Assembly: GCF_004010195.1 (NCBI RefSeq)
Contig: NC_057728.1
Location: 43,147,356-43,211,355, forward strand
From: Chiloscyllium plagiosum
Taxonomy: Eukaryota
Direction of reading: 5' to 3'
DNA: 64,000 nucleotides
Shown here piece after piece: positions 1-13,620 of this stretch. The notes under the pieces are model-generated. The model searched no databases. It worked only from the letters and a program-made list of their open reading frames with translations, and was not told the origin of the DNA. Numbering within the stretch: the stretch's first letter is position 1; every line of letters begins with the position of its first letter. The translations under genes and the position numbers were made by a program.

Positions 1-270
1 GGTAGTGTTCCCCTCAGGGTTCTGGGGCGTGGGGATAGTGACAGTGGGGTCTGTGGGGGGCATGTCAGCAGAATGCAGGTGAGTGGCGCTGGTGGGGGCG
101 GAAGTGGTGGTGACCACGGCAGTAGGGGTGGCGGAAGTCACTGAGCATGTGGCATCAGCGATGATGTGAGGGGCGGAAGTGATGTCACATGTGATGCATG
201 AGGAATTGTGAGGGGTGGAAGTGGTTGTGGGAGCGGCCATGATGGGGGCGGAAGTAACATCATCAAGCAA
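1..270 (-). repeat. GC-rich low-complexity fragment with recurrent GGCGGAAGT motif, probably part of a retroelement
   Basis: Five (G)GGCGGAAGT-like motifs near 97, 130, 172, 215 and 247; CpG-rich with an abrupt transition to AT-rich sequence at about 270. Confidence 0.4.
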
Positions 271-279
271 TGAAACTGG

Positions 280-1420
280 CGTTTCTGCATGACCTGCACA
301 AATTATTCCGTCCCACTCCTATATGGAGAGGGCAGTGCTTTTGGATGTGAATTATACCAAGATAATGGCACTGTACAAGACTAAAGACAACTCAGCAATT
401 GCAATAACTGTTGAGAAATCTCCCTACTGGCATCATGGAAAACGTATTTGTTTGTGTTGACCTTATCAACCACAGTTCCTGACTAAATGTATCCCTCTCA
501 AATCCCAGTGTGGTTTCAGAAGGAGAAAATCCACACTTGACATGATCTTTTCAATCTAGCAACAGCAAAATGAATGCTGCAACAAAGATGATCACTACAT
601 ATTGTCTTTACTGATCTCTCCAATGCATTAGAGCACATGAGCAGAGGGAGGGTCTGTTTAAGCAGCTGGAAAATGTTGGCTGTTCGCTGAAGCTGGTCAT
701 TGTGATCTCGTTTTTCAGGGGCAACATGATGGGTACGATTAGCCAAAATGGGGCAACATCAGAATACTGGGTTGTGACATTCTTTGGCATATTTGTTGCA
801 TTACTGCTGTCAGCTGTCTAATGTACCGGAACTGATAGAACTGTTCAGCCTTGCTCATCTGACATCCAAGGCAAAGGTGAGCCAAGTCCTCAGCATAGAC
901 CAAGAGCATTCCATACCAAGAATCTTTCAGTAACAAATAGACAACTCTCTCATTGTCTTCCTGAAACCAAACTCTTTCCAGGCAATGTCAATATGTGTTG
1001 CTACATTACCATCTTCCTGAAGAAGGGCTTATGCCCGAAACGTTGATTCTCCTGCTCCTCGGATGCTGCCTGGCCTGCTGTGTTTTTCCAGCACCACATT
1101 TTTCAACTCTGGTCTCCAGCATCTGCAGTTCTCACTTTCTCCTATATTACCATCTATCAGCATTGACAAAATGATGCTGCAGCTAGTTGTTTGCTTCACA
1201 CATCAAGACTCCACATTTACCAGCAATCTGACTTTGATGATAAAATCAACATAGCTGTTGCAACTTTTGCAATGTCTCTGACCAAGCTGTGTGAGAGTGT
1301 GTGGAACAGGAACATGACAGGTAACACAAACTGTGAGTCTGTTAATCCTGCATCCTCAGCATACTATGACAGTGGTGAGACACAGAGAACATACGGTAGG
1401 CAGGGAAAAAAAGGTTGAAC
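280..1420 (-). mobile_element. highly degraded Gypsy-type pol (RNase H/integrase) remnant
   Basis: Minus frames give LAHLCLG (HHCC zinc-finger-like region) and SNALERSVKTI (integrase SNGxxERxxxT motif); many stops. Confidence 0.5.
1015..1143 (+). mobile_element. Penelope-like element terminal-repeat fragment (family A) with hammerhead motif
   Basis: CTGAAGA-A-GGGC-TTAT-GCCC-GAA-ACGT-T; TSD ATTACCATCT at 1005-1014 and 1146-1155. Confidence 0.75.
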
Positions 1421-1769
1421 ACTTTTCACCTTTGTCTTGAATATACCTCTAGAAGACCATAAGAATAGGAGCAGGAGTATCCCCTCAAATCTGCTTCGTC
1501 ATTCAATAAGATCATGGCTGATCCATCATCTCTTGATGCATCTCCCTACATTTGAGGTGGTATGTGTTAATTCCATCAAAGTATACTCATTGTAAAGCCA
1601 ATAATGAATGTGACCCATCATTGCAAATGCCATCTGAATGATAGGCCATATACCAAATACCTTCTGTAAAGTGAACTGGCCACTGGGTCACAGTCTTCTG
1701 GGCATTCACACTTTGACTAACAAGGACATTTTAAAAACAAAAAGATTTTCATGAGATTTGGGTCTCACT

Positions 1770-2110
1770 CTCTGGATACCAGCATTTATTGTTTGCGTCT
1801 CAGTAGTCTTGAGAAGATGGTAGTGAGCTGCCACTTTGAACCATTGTTGTCTTATTATTATAGATATACCCACAGTGCTGTTAGGAAGGGAGTTCCAAGA
1901 ATTTGAACCAATGCTAGACAATGAATGGTGATATTGGTCCATGTCAAGTGTGGCATGAAATACTACTTGTATGTGGTGATAGCATTTCCATGCATTAGCT
2001 ACCCTTGACTTTTGAAATGACATGGGTCGGAGCTTGGAAGATGCAATTGAAGAAATATTGTTTCACTGGAGTGCATTTTTAAAAAATGGTACACATAGTT
2101 GCCACTCTGC
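1770..2110 (-). mobile_element. old LINE 3' end (CR1/L2-group); related copies at about 28215-28500(+), 37715-38400(-), 41590-41965(-)
   Basis: Shared motif ccagcatttattg..cttgagaag(g)tggtggtgagctg..ttgaac recurring across the window. Confidence 0.55.
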
Positions 2111-4256
2111 ATGAAATGAAAATGATGGGCATTGACCCTACTAACTGGGAGATTGACTCCAATAATAACACTGATTCCTGGAGGTTAACTCTTTGGAAAG
2201 GAGTTGAAAGAGGTGAGAAGAAATGAAGAGCCCTGCTGGCTGACAAGTGAGCCCAGATTAAACAGAGGCCACTGAATCATGCATCTTCTCAGCCCATAGT
2301 CTTCTCACCATGCCTGAGTGTAACTCCTGAGCTTCACCAGGTGATGTGACCCAAGAGCTGCCTGGAGCAGCACAAACTATTATTTTGTGAGATGGAAGGC
2401 TGTCATTTCCAATTCAATACTAATCATTGCAGGAGCCATCCAGATTCTCACATTACTTATGAATTGACAAGAACTGCTAGACTCCAAATAATATCTAAAG
2501 CAACCTCAAACTTAACAGAATTACACCTCTGTAGTTGGGATCGGGCACTTGAGTTGTTCTTATTTGAGTAACCCACACTTTCCTCCTCCTAAGAACTGTG
2601 AAAAAGTAACACTTCAGTTTTGAGCTGAAATGTGCTGTTTGACTTGAATCTACCATCAATATCTTTCAAAAGAAGAAATGGGCAAGACCTAGGGATAACA
2701 AATAATTTGGAGAATGTAGATTGATGACTAGCCTAAACGAGATACAGTCAATATGTCTCCATTTCAGGTTCAGATAAACAGGAAGCTATCACAATGTCTT
2801 ATGCTTGAAGCAGTGTCAACAACATAATAACTATCTTGTAAAATTAATACATGTAATGAGTTTTTGATGAAGGCAGAGAAGTTGTCCCCTTACCTAAAAT
2901 GATGTCCTTAGTGAACTTGTCACATGACTAAAATTTTTATACTCTTGAACGAAGGTTTAATTAAACATTTTCTGCAACCCTGCTGCAGTCTGATTTAAAA
3001 ATCTGGTCTGCTGTTAATTTCAATCTGCTAAGGATCTAAGGTCTGCTAACGTCACAGCCCGGCAATGTTTTTCTAAACCTTGGGGCATCTCTTCTCCTTG
3101 AGTGGTGTCTCAGTATTTGTGGAAATCAGACAATTGCACCCACTAAGGAGAGGCGTGGCACTGTTATGCTTTGGCAAGTGTATCCAACCAGGGCTACAAG
3201 GATTGAGACGTAGGTTTTCCTCCATTAACTTTGACTGTGTGGTCTCCCTAACAAATGAAATGTTTGTTGCTCCGGTCCTTCCAGCAGCATGGACTGGGGT
3301 TTTGAGCCTGGTTTCTGTGGTGGCGCTAACTGCCTGGGTACTCTGCTGCTGAACTCTATCTCTCACCATGGTATGGCATGTGGAGGTTTTTAGATTAGGT
3401 GGATGACTTCAATAAATTCCCTTGTTTTGGTTATCCATTTGTCCCTTCACATGGGGTTTGAGGATTTTCTGAGTGCATTTTTCCCTTACCTGATTTAGGC
3501 TGCTCTGATTCATGAATCTCTTTCTCCCAATCCCAGACCAACCTCCTTATCACCCAGTCCTCTTGTGTGGGTGTTTTTTGTAGGATCAAAATGTTTGTAG
3601 GCAATCCTTGCTGTCACAGTGATATGAGAGACAAGCATTTGCATCCAATTTAACATCTTTGATAGTGTCAGTGCAATCCAAGCTAGGTTACTGAAGGCTC
3701 CTATGAACTGTGTCCATGGGCCCCTGGCAAATGTGGTTGCATGGTGTGCTCCCTTTTCACTGCCTACACTGAATTACACCCTTCATGAGGTCCCCCCATG
3801 GTATCCTATAGCAGATGGGATTGTCGTTTTCATGACCTGAGCTCCCTTCCTCCCACATTCTGAGGACTGGGTAAGGTAGAATAAATTTTGGGGCTCAGGC
3901 ACATAAACATCAATTTTATCTCCTTAGTATCATCGAGCTATGGACGAGATGACCAAGAAATGCAAAAACCTACAGGTTGTGCTCAGAGTTGCCTTGCTAG
4001 GGAGGTGTAAAGTGCAAGGCCTCAGGCACTGGCCAGAAATCAAGTTTGATTGAAAATTCTCCAATACACAATCCTTAGGCTTGTTGTGACCTGTTCCCCC
4101 TAAACCTGTGTGACCTCTTTGATCCTGGATTCCACTGTTCTCTGGAGCAAAAAGCTGCTGTTTAGTTTGGCCAATTTCCTGTCAGGTCCAGTTTCTTCAG
4201 CTGTGGGTCAATTCAGAATGTTCAATTTTGGGCCACTTAACCAGATATTATTTCTT

Positions 4257-4569
4257 TTAGATTAGATTACTTACAGTGTGGAAACAGGCCTTTCGGCACA
4301 ACAAATCCACACCGACCCTCTGAATAGCAACCCACCCAGACCCCTACATTTACCCCTTCACCTAACACTACGGGCAATTTAGCATGGCCAATTCACCTAA
4401 CCTGCACATCTTTGGACTGTGGGAGCAACCCGGAGCACTCGGAGGAAACCCACGCAGACACGGGGAGAATGTGCAAACTCCACACAGACAGTTGCCTGAG
4501 GCGGGAAATGAACCCGGGTCTCTGGCGCTGTGAGGCAGCAGAGCTAACCACTGAGCCACCGTGCCGCCC
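4257..4569 (-). mobile_element. HE1-type V-SINE, full length
   Basis: Minus strand: tRNA-like head GGCGGCACGGTGGCTCAGTGGTTAGC, V-domain TCTGTGTGGAGTTTGCACATTCTCCCCGTGTCTGCGTGGGTTTCC, (AATCT)n tail. Confidence 0.9.
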
Positions 4570-5921
4570 CTGTTGTGTTTAAATCTCCTCCAGCCCTCCA
4601 ATCTCTTTCCCTGAAGCTTTCTGCTCCTCTGATTTCGGTTTCTGGTGTTATATTCATCTCATTTTACCCTAGTATGGGGTAACAATAATAAAAAAAAGTT
4701 AAAAATCTCTAAATGGTTCATATTTAAAAATTTCCAGATGTTAGCTGTTGGCTTGGTCACTGAGACGGCACACCTCTTTTTTTTCCCAACTTATCTCGTT
4801 TTCCTTGTTACTTGTAGGAGAAAAGTATGCAAAATTATTGAAAGTCAGAAAAGCGAATACAAAGCTTTAACCTGTGGCACCTTGTGAGAACAGGGCCATT
4901 GTGTTCTTAGACATTATAAGGAGGTGTAAGCATCCTTCAAGCTCACATATAGTGTCCAATAAATTTGTTTCTTATTTCCTCAGTCACTTGCATACCCTCC
5001 CCATGCATGAGGTGAGATGGCAGTGGTTCATTATAACACACACTGAGATTCTTGGTATGTGCAATCATGTTTTAAGAGACGTTATCCTGCATGAATTATA
5101 AAATACTCAACTTTTTATGATACTTATAAAGTCTTGTGCTTGAAGTGGAGGTAGCAACATATCCCAGTCTAATGCCTCAATTTAGTTAAGCCATACTGAA
5201 TTCCTTATGTTGTCCACTCTGGCATTCTCTGAAATAAGCACTGGTTGTGTCAGTGAGTTTCAGGAGGTAATTGTGTTGGTGAAGCACGTTATGTGTTTGA
5301 ACAACAAATGAAATTGACTGGTCAAATGACAAGCTTAGTGGCATCTTCAGCTGTGCACTAGGGGCCTCCAATCTAAAAACACTCTTGCAAGCTTAATTTT
5401 TTCTGTGGAGTGATATGAGAGTATGTCAAACATTAACATCAAGACTCAAGATAAAATCTTGCAGTATAGAAGGAGGAGTTCACACCTCTCATTGGTGCTG
5501 TGCTGTAGGACTGCACCTGACGACACATCATTAGGGAGACCTGCTGGCTGAAGTGCAGACAGAGGGTTAACAGAGCTTGGGACCTTGGTTATGGTAATTC
5601 ACTATGTTGGGATACAGTAATGCAAAACTTGCAAAATCTTACCACTGTCCAGTGGCCTTTTATGTAGGAGCTGGAATGTCCAAAAGCAGGTAAATAATGG
5701 GGGCTGGCAGGAGTGATGAAGATGTCTCACAGGGTAAATGCCACAGTTTATTTTCCATTCATTCCACTCAAGCAGTGGCAGATATTGTCCTAAGTATAAA
5801 AACACAAACATTAACTGTAGCATTTCACTGACAACACTATGATGGAACACCTCCCAGTCATTTATTCTATGCAATTTATGTTAAAGTGAACAAAATCCTG
5901 TGTTTCTGCTATATGTTCCAG

Positions 5922-6066
5922 GTTTGTTGATGGTGAAATAAATGTATGCTACAATGCATTAGATCGCCATGTTGAAAATGGACTGGGAGATCAAATTGCC
6001 ATCATTCATGACAGTCCTGTTACTGACACCAAAGAGATAATTACCTATAAAGAAGCCCTGGAAAAG
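5922..6066 (+). CDS. ACSS3: ACSS3 coding exon (exon 2 equivalent; exon 1 outside window)
   Basis: ttccag|G..AAG|gtaata; translates (W)FVDGEINVCYNALDRHVENGLGDQIAIIHDSPVTDTKEIITYKEALEK, the acetyl/propionyl-CoA synthetase N-terminal motif WFxxGxxNxCYNAxDRH; 145 nt. Confidence 0.95.
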
Positions 6067-6714
6067 GTAATACAGAATATGTTGTACCATGATGCTATTG
6101 TCATTGTCTTTTGAAGTTTGCCTCAAGGTTCCTTCAAGACAGACCTCATGCTAATACTATTTTGAAGAAGGTAGTTGACCACTTGTGCTATTCTGTAAAC
6201 AATTTAAAGATCCTGAGTTGAACATACCACTTTTAGTCTTTGGTACTACTTTGGAAAGAGCAAAACCATATAGGTATGCTCACTCGATATGGAGGAGTGT
6301 TGGCTTTGCTGAGATGAAGTACTCTTGAAGTACTTCATCTCTTTGCTGAGATGAAGTACCCTTGAAGTACTCGTCCCTTAAATTGCTATAATTGTCTGTG
6401 TTCCCTCTGTGTCCATGTAATTGAAAAGATATAGGACATTGATGAGAATGGAGCTCATTTATTGTTTATATAAATCATTCTGTACTCTGTTGAGCCTGCC
6501 TTGAATATTTCTCCCAGCTTATTCTTACATATCTGCCCCTGTGATTGTAACAACTCTTTCAGGTAATTTCGATTTTCCTCTGGAAAATAATTTATCCAAA
6601 TTTTTGAGAACTTCCTCATTGTCCAATTTAATTTGAAGAATGTCCAATTCAGAAGCATCTGAACTCGGTTTTCCACTATGTTATAACGCGTAACACATTC
6701 TCGTTACAACATAG

Positions 6715-8374
6715 TGACAGGGTAGTTGTTTTGGGGGCCTTTAACTTTCCAAATATTGACTGGGAATACTATAGTTCAAGTACTTTAGATGGGTCAGTTT
6801 TTGTCCAATATGGGTTTCCTGACACAGTGTATAGACAGGCCAACAAGGGGCGAGGCCACATTAGACTTGGTATTGGGTAATGAACCAGGCCAGGTGTTAG
6901 ATTTGGAGGTAGGTGAGCACTTTGGTGATAGTGACCACAATTTGGTTAGGTTTACTGTAGTGATGGAAAGGGATAGGCATATACCACAGGACAAGAGTTA
7001 TAACTGGGAGAAAGGAAATTACAATGCGATTAGGCAATATTTAGGATGCATAGGATAGGGAAGGAAACTGCAGGGAATGGGCATAATAGAAATGTGGAGC
7101 TTATTCAAGGACCAGCTACTGTGGGTCCTTGATAAGTGTATACCTGTCAAGCAGGGAGGAAGTTATCGAGCACAGGAATGTTGGTTTACTAAGAAAGTTG
7201 AATCTCTTGTCAAGAGGAAAAAGAAGGCTTATGTTAGGACGAGATGTGATGGCTCAGTTCGGTTGCTTAAGAGTTACAAGTTGCCAGGAAAGACCTAAAA
7301 AGAGAGCTAAGAAGAGCCGGGAGGAGACATGAGAAGTCATTGGCGGATAGGATCCAGGAAAACCCTAAGGCTTTCTATAGCTATTATCAGGAATAAACAA
7401 ATGACTAGAATAAGATTAGGGCCAATCAAGCATAGTGGGAAGTTGTGCATGGAGTCAGAGGAGATAGGATAAGTGCTAAATGAATATTTTTCGTCAGTAT
7501 TCACACTAGAAAAAGACAATGTGCTTGAGGAGAATACTGAGGTCCAGGGTACTGGACAAGATGAGATTGAGGTGCATAAGGAGGAGGTGTTAGCAACTCT
7601 GGAAAGTGTAACAATACATAAATCCCCTGGGCCAGATGAGATTCATCCTAGGGTTCCATGGGTAGCCAGGGAGGCGATTGTTGAGCCTTTGGCTTTGATC
7701 TTTATGTCGATCATTGTCTACAGGAATAGTGCCAGAAGACTGGAGGACAGCAAATATTGTTCCCTTGTTCAAGAAGGGGAGTAGAGTGGAAATTATAGAC
7801 TGGTGAGCCTGACTTCAGTTGTGGGTAAAGTGTTAGAATGGGTTATAAGAGAGAGGATTTACAATCATCTAGCGATGAATAAGCTGATTAGGGTTAATTA
7901 ACAAGTTTTGTGAAGGGTAGGTCATGCCTCACAAACCTTATTGAGTTATTTGAGAAGGTAACCAAATAGGTGGATGAGGGAAAAGTGGTTGATGTGGTAT
8001 ATATGGATTTCAATAAGTTGCTTGATAAAGTTCCCCAAGATAGGGTATTGCACAAAATATGGAGGCATGGGATTGAGGGTGATTTAGCAGTTTGGATCAG
8101 AAATTGGCTAGCTGAATGAAGACAGAGGGTGGAGGTTGATGGGAAATATTCACCTGAAGTTCAGTTACTAATGGGGTACCGCAAGGATTGTTTTTGGGTC
8201 CACTGTTGTTTGTCATTTATATAAATGACCTGGATGAGGGCATAGAAGGATGGATTAGTAAATTTGCGGATGACACTAAGGTCAGTAGAGTTGTGGATAG
8301 TGACGAAGGATGTTGTAGGTTACAGAGAGACATAGATAAGCTGCAGAGCTGGGCTGAGAGGAGGCAAATGGAGT
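6715..8374 (+). mobile_element. CR1-clade LINE ORF2 fragment (endonuclease C-terminus to RT), frameshifted
   Basis: PTRGEATLDLVLGNE, HFGDSDHN, KSPGPDEIHPR, LGPLLFVIYINDLD, FADDTK. Confidence 0.9.
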
Positions 8375-8539
8375 TTTCACTTACCATCTGAGGACTTTTC
8401 TTTTCCCCAATTTCTGATTCTCAAATTGAAGTTGATGTTGGAAGCCACAGTTTAATTTATGAACCAGCTCATAATCATCTGCCATTTCTGCTGCTAATTT
8501 TTCAATCTTAATGCTCTGCTGTTCCATATGTCTACCTTA

Positions 8540-9030
8540 GGAAGTGAATTTTGAACTTAAACTAGGAAAATCTGCAAATAGGAAAAACAACTGAAGAACA
8601 GTGGGGGATGTTTAAAGAATCATTTAAACCAATACAAAAGCCAATACAAATACCTCAAACAGGAAAAGAAATCCGTAGAAAAAAAGCCATGGAGAACAAA
8701 TGAGATATGGGACAGCATACAACTAAGAGAAGGGGCTTACAAAACTGTAAAAAGCTGCACAGATCCTGCTGAATGGGAAAGGTACAAAGGTGAAGGAAAC
8801 TTGCAAGGGACAACAAAATCAATAAGAAAACATTATCGTTACATAAAGGGAAAGGATGTCGTCAGAAATAATGTTGGCCCACTAAAGACTGAAAGTGGGG
8901 ATATTGTCAAATCTATTGGGAAATAGCAGACGTGTTGAATAATTACTTTGCCTCCATAATTACAGTAGAAATGAGGTTAGCTTGCTGGAAATCCTGAAGA
9001 AATTAATAGCGGATCAGAAACAAGGACAAA
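8540..9030 (+). mobile_element. degraded CR1 ORF2 linker fragment
   Basis: VGPLKTESGDIV and NNYFAS-like motifs, parallel to the CR1 at 20940. Confidence 0.6.
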
Positions 9031-9187
9031 AATATATACTTGCCTTTTGATTTTGAATGTATATCATTTAAATATTTATTGCTGTGTTTGGGCATAGAAA
9101 TGTGATGAGATGTTATACCTTTGCACAATTGTTCAATTTCTTATGCTAAAACTGGAAAATATAGTAAACGTTAACTTGATTAGCACT

Positions 9188-9782
9188 AGAGTCATAACGT
9201 TGTACAGCACAGAAACAGACCCTTTGGTCCAACTCATTCATACTGACTAGATATCCTAACCTAGTCTAGTCCCATTTGCCAGAATTTGGCCCATGTCCCT
9301 CAAAACCCTTGCTATTCATATACCCATCCAGATGTCTTTAAACAATGTTAGTGTACCAACCTCCACCACCTACTCTGGCAGCTCATTCCATTCACGCACC
9401 ATGAAAAAGGTTTCCCCTTAGGTCCCTTTTAAATCTTTCTCCTCTACCTTAAACCTATGCCCTCCTAGTTTTGGACTTCCCCCACTCTGGGGAAAAGACC
9501 TTGGCTATTCACCCCATCCATACTTCTCAGTCTCAGTCGCTCCAGGGAAATTAGTCCTAAAATGTTTCAACCTCTCCCTATAGCTCAAACCCTGCAACCC
9601 TAGCAACATCCTTGTAAATCTTTTATGAACCCTTTCAAGTTTCACAATATCCTTCCTATAGCAGGGAGACCAGAAATAAATGCAGTATTCCAATAGTGGC
9701 CTAACCAATGCCCTGTACATGACTTCCCAACTCCAACACTCGATGCTATGATCATGAAAGGCAAGCATACCAAATGCCTGTT
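9188..9782 (-). mobile_element. CR1 LINE 3' fragment
   Basis: Minus ORF YRALVRPLLEYCIYFWSPCYRKDIVKLERVHKRFTRML plus CR1 3'UTR; ends about 110 nt before exon 3. Confidence 0.85.
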
Positions 9783-9889
9783 TTATAGAGTAAGAATAAA
9801 CATTTAATGGTATTTTCTTACAACAGTGTAACTGCCATTTTTCACTGAATGTAATTGTTGGTATTGTATATTGTTTTGAAATGTTATAG

Positions 9890-10078
9890 GTTTCGCGATT
9901 GGCTGCTGTCCTAGTACAACATGGAGTCAAAAAGGGTGATCGTATTGCCATTTATATGCCAATGATTCCACAAGCGATATACACAATGTTGGCTTGTGCT
10001 AGAATTGGAGCAATACACAGTTTGATATTTGGTGGCTTCGCATCAAAGGAGCTGTCTACTCGTATTAACCATGCGAAG
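9890..10078 (+). CDS. ACSS3: ACSS3 exon 3
   Basis: ttatag|GTT..AAG|gtaaaa; [63 protein letters not shown]; 189 nt, in frame. Confidence 0.97.
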
Positions 10079-10243
10079 GTAAAATTAAGAAGAACCAATG
10101 TGGAAAATCATACTCATACAAAATGAATTCCAGTATAAGCAAATGGTGGATTCAAATATGGGATAAAATTTGGATCAAGGACAGCTGCAGTGCTGTAATG
10201 TTCATTCTTTAGACTAAAAGAAAAGACTGTTGAATTGAAATCA

Positions 10244-10541
10244 GGCATGATGGCTCCACTCAGTTAGCACTGCTGCCTCACAGTACCAGGGTCCCAGGTT
10301 CGATTCCAGCCTCAGGGGCCTGTCTGTGTGGAGTTTGCACATTCTCCCCGTGTCTGCGTGGGCTTCCTCTGGGTGCTCTGGTTTCCTCCCACAGTCCAAA
10401 GATGTGCAGGTCAGGTGAATTGGCCATGCTAAATTGCCCTTTGTGTTAGGTGGATTAGTCGGGGTAAATGTAGGGGAGTGGGTCTGGGTAGGTTGCATGG
10501 ACTATTTGGGCCGAAAGGCCTGTTTCCACACTGTAGGGAAT
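10244..10541 (+). mobile_element. HE1-type V-SINE
   Basis: B-box GGTTCGATTCC, V-domain, CACTGTAGGGAAT tail. Confidence 0.9.
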
Positions 10542-11856
10542 ATAATAAAAATATAATCCTTTTTGGATTTCTAAAAGTATGAGTTTGAATACATTAGGTA
10601 TCATAAATTTTGTATCATAGTGTCTCATTTCAGTATTATTATTTGTATAATTTTAATCCCTAGTTTAGTTCTTTGACCTCCTCTTCTGCATTCATACATT
10701 CCTATTTATTATTCCATCATTTGTGGCCATGTCTGCAGTTGCTGTGGCCCCAAGCTCCAGATTCCCTGTTTCTATCTGTTCTTAGCCTCAATTTCCTCAT
10801 TACCACTAGTAACTTTTGGAAACCATTCCATGTAATCTGACCTATCTTGATTAAAGTTTCAAAATTCAGTGTTTCACAAATGTTGATTACAAAGGAAAAA
10901 CGTGAAAATTTCTTGTGTCTATCTCTCTTGTCAGATTTCTCTTCACCCCCTCCTGTTGGTATTAATTCTTTGTATATGATTCTGTTCAGTGGTTCGTTTC
11001 CTAAGCATTAACTTTTATAAAGGCTGCGACTATGCAACCACATGAGGCATCATAGTCAGGCCTGGCCATTTTGTGTTTCTCCCTTTGTTTACATTCTTCT
11101 TTCCATGCTTTGTATAAAGTAGTGAGAAAAGTCTGGATACATTCCTGAGTTAAATCCCTTGGAATGTTCGTCTCCAAGATCAATTTGTATATGTTACAAA
11201 AACCAAGACAAGAAATCCAATATATTAATGTGGAACAATATTGTAACTGTTTGCTACCATCTCTCATAATGTTTTGAAGTTAAGATTGAGGAATACATTT
11301 CCCTGCAGTTTATTATTTTTGTTTTTTGGTGTATATTCCATAGTGATGTCATAAATAGTAATTGGTTTAAAATTTATAAATCATCAGATATTTTAGAAAA
11401 GGTTTCGCAAGCAATAAATTGTTAAGTATTAACATTCTCATGTGCAACTCAATATTTATGTGTCTCTTGCTTGTTTTGTTGACATTTCCTATCCCTAGAA
11501 ATAATAAATGGTGTAATTTACTAAACTAGTGAAATGTAAAAGACTTTTCATTGCAAAGTAAATGAAATTAATGTCTTAAATGACTAATAAATGGCATGTT
11601 GCAGTAATTGGCAGGTTCAGTACAATAACAGGATAATTATAAAACTTCCAAAACAATGTTTCAGTGTATCAGTTATCTACTTCCAATCCATTTATTTCTG
11701 TCGATTTAATGTGCTACACTATCGAGCAGTGACATCATCGTTGTATGTTAACTACATAAACACTTTGGACTCATTAGCCATGCTTTCCATGGCAAAATAA
11801 AAAATAAAAGTTTATACTTTCTTGAATACACTTCCATTTCTTTTCTTATACTTTAG

Positions 11857-11991
11857 CCAAAACTGATTGTGACATCATCATTTGGTATTGAGCCAGGGAG
11901 AAGAGTAGAATATATACCCTTGCTGGAAAAAGCTTTGAACAGTGCTCAACACAAGCCAGATAAAGTCATAATATACAATCGACCTAACATG
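11857..11991 (+). CDS. ACSS3: ACSS3 exon 4
   Basis: ctttag|CCA..ATG|gtgagt; PKLIVTSSFGIEPGRRVEYIPLLEKALNSAQHKPDKVIIYNRPNM; 135 nt. Confidence 0.96.
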
Positions 11992-12420
11992 GTGAGTGCC
12001 AAATCAAATGAATGGCATTTTGACATAAGATTCATATCTTCAACTGAGCTACTGGTCATCCCTCTTATAATTACCTATTCCTCAGCATCCATGTTTTTGC
12101 TAACACTTCTATGAAGTATCTTAGGCCAGTTTCTGTGTTATTAAAACTGCAGGCTGTTATTGCAACTGTCCTGTTAATATCAATGCACCTGATTCTGAAG
12201 TTGATTGTTGAATAGAAAATGGAAGTGGAAACTATTACAAATTATTCCTCCAAAATCATAAAAGTGCAGATTTTGTTTTCATTCTTTTGTGGGAAGTGAA
12301 TGTAGGTTGCAAGGCCAGCATTTATTGTCCATCTGTGCGTCTATTGACCTTGAACTGCGTGGCTTGTTAAGCTATTTCTGGCAGTCTGGATAAGGATTCG
12401 CAGTAAGGTTAAAATCAATT

Positions 12421-12554
12421 AGGCGAAAGTGAGAACTGCAGATGCTGGAGATCAGAGTCAAGATTGGAATGGTGCTGGAAAAGTACAGTAGGTCAGGCAG
12501 CATCCGAGGAGCAGGAAAATCGACGTTTCGGGTAGGAGCCCTTCATCAGGAATG
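12421..12554 (-). mobile_element. Penelope-like terminal fragment (family A) with hammerhead motif
   Basis: Reverse complement of the 1015-1143 family; minus CTGATGA-A-GGGCTCCTACCC-GAA-ACGT-C. Confidence 0.75.
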
Positions 12555-13620
12555 GGATTACCCTCCCTAAAGGCCATTTGTGAATCAAATGGGTTTTTAG
12601 AAATGTCACTGATAAACTTTGACACTTTAAATTTATTAACTAAATTTAAGTACCACCAGCAGCGGTGGTGGGATTTGAACCTTTGTCCCTAGAGCTTTGG
12701 TCTGGACCTCTCCCCTATTACTACCTGAGCTCATCTAATTACAGACACCTCAAAGTTCAAGCTTAATGTTTTTCTGGTGCGTATGGCACAGCTACTTATT
12801 GAACCATTGTGCAATTTTGCATTGAATATTTTTGATTTGACGCTGTTCATTATGAGATGCTCGCTTAACCATAATGAGATGGGGGTAATTTAGCATAGAG
12901 TACTTTCACCTCTATGACCTAGTTTGGAGTTCACCTGAATGTGGGATGGTGGCAGAGGTGTGTGATGGAGAGGCTGGGGACAGTAGTGAGCATTGCAGAG
13001 AGAACAGGTTTCTGTTAATTTCTGAGGCTACGTAAGTTAGAAATAAATTAATTTATGCAATCTTGATCCAACATGAGTGGGTGCTAATTCACAGCACAAA
13101 CTGGCTCTCCTTGTACAAAATTGATATTACATACATTGTGTGAAATGTATTGAAAGGTTGTGATGGTGTGATAAAATATTATATGATTACATTTGTATTG
13201 TTGTTTATATTAACAAACTCACTTGAGGGATTTTCTTGCATGTGTGGGAAGTGGAATATTTAACTGCTACAACATTCTTTTCGGGTTGGGTGTTTTAGAC
13301 CAGATGTTTATCTGACTGATGATGAGTTTATGTATTAGAATTCTATTACTAATGAATCTAAATAAAATTGAACAAGTATTATCTCAAACTTTTTAAGTTT
13401 TAAAAGGTTCTTGTTTGCATAGAATTCAAACACAATGCAAATAATCACGATCATATCAATTACATCAACTGCACGATTCAAATACATCAAGATTATTTTT
13501 ATATGGGGGAGAGGTCAGAAGCATTTGCATGACTTCATTAAAAGATAACATACAATTTGACAGAACAAAAAAACGTTAATCATTATATTTCTGATTTTGT
13601 ATCTCTGAATGATGTTTTAG

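Noticed and set aside
2935..4250. Possible degraded retroviral gag-like region with overlapping 90-98-aa ORFs
   Set aside because: Composition suggests an old retroelement, but I could not identify a diagnostic motif, so it is not called.
4490..4569. tRNA genes at SINE heads (also 10244, 15215, 32365, 51523)
   Set aside because: They continue into SINE bodies and lack a complete cloverleaf.
1..5921. ACSS3 exon 1 or promoter
   Set aside because: No segment encoding the expected N-terminal (FW..A..I.W.KPW-like) sequence was found; it must lie upstream of the window.
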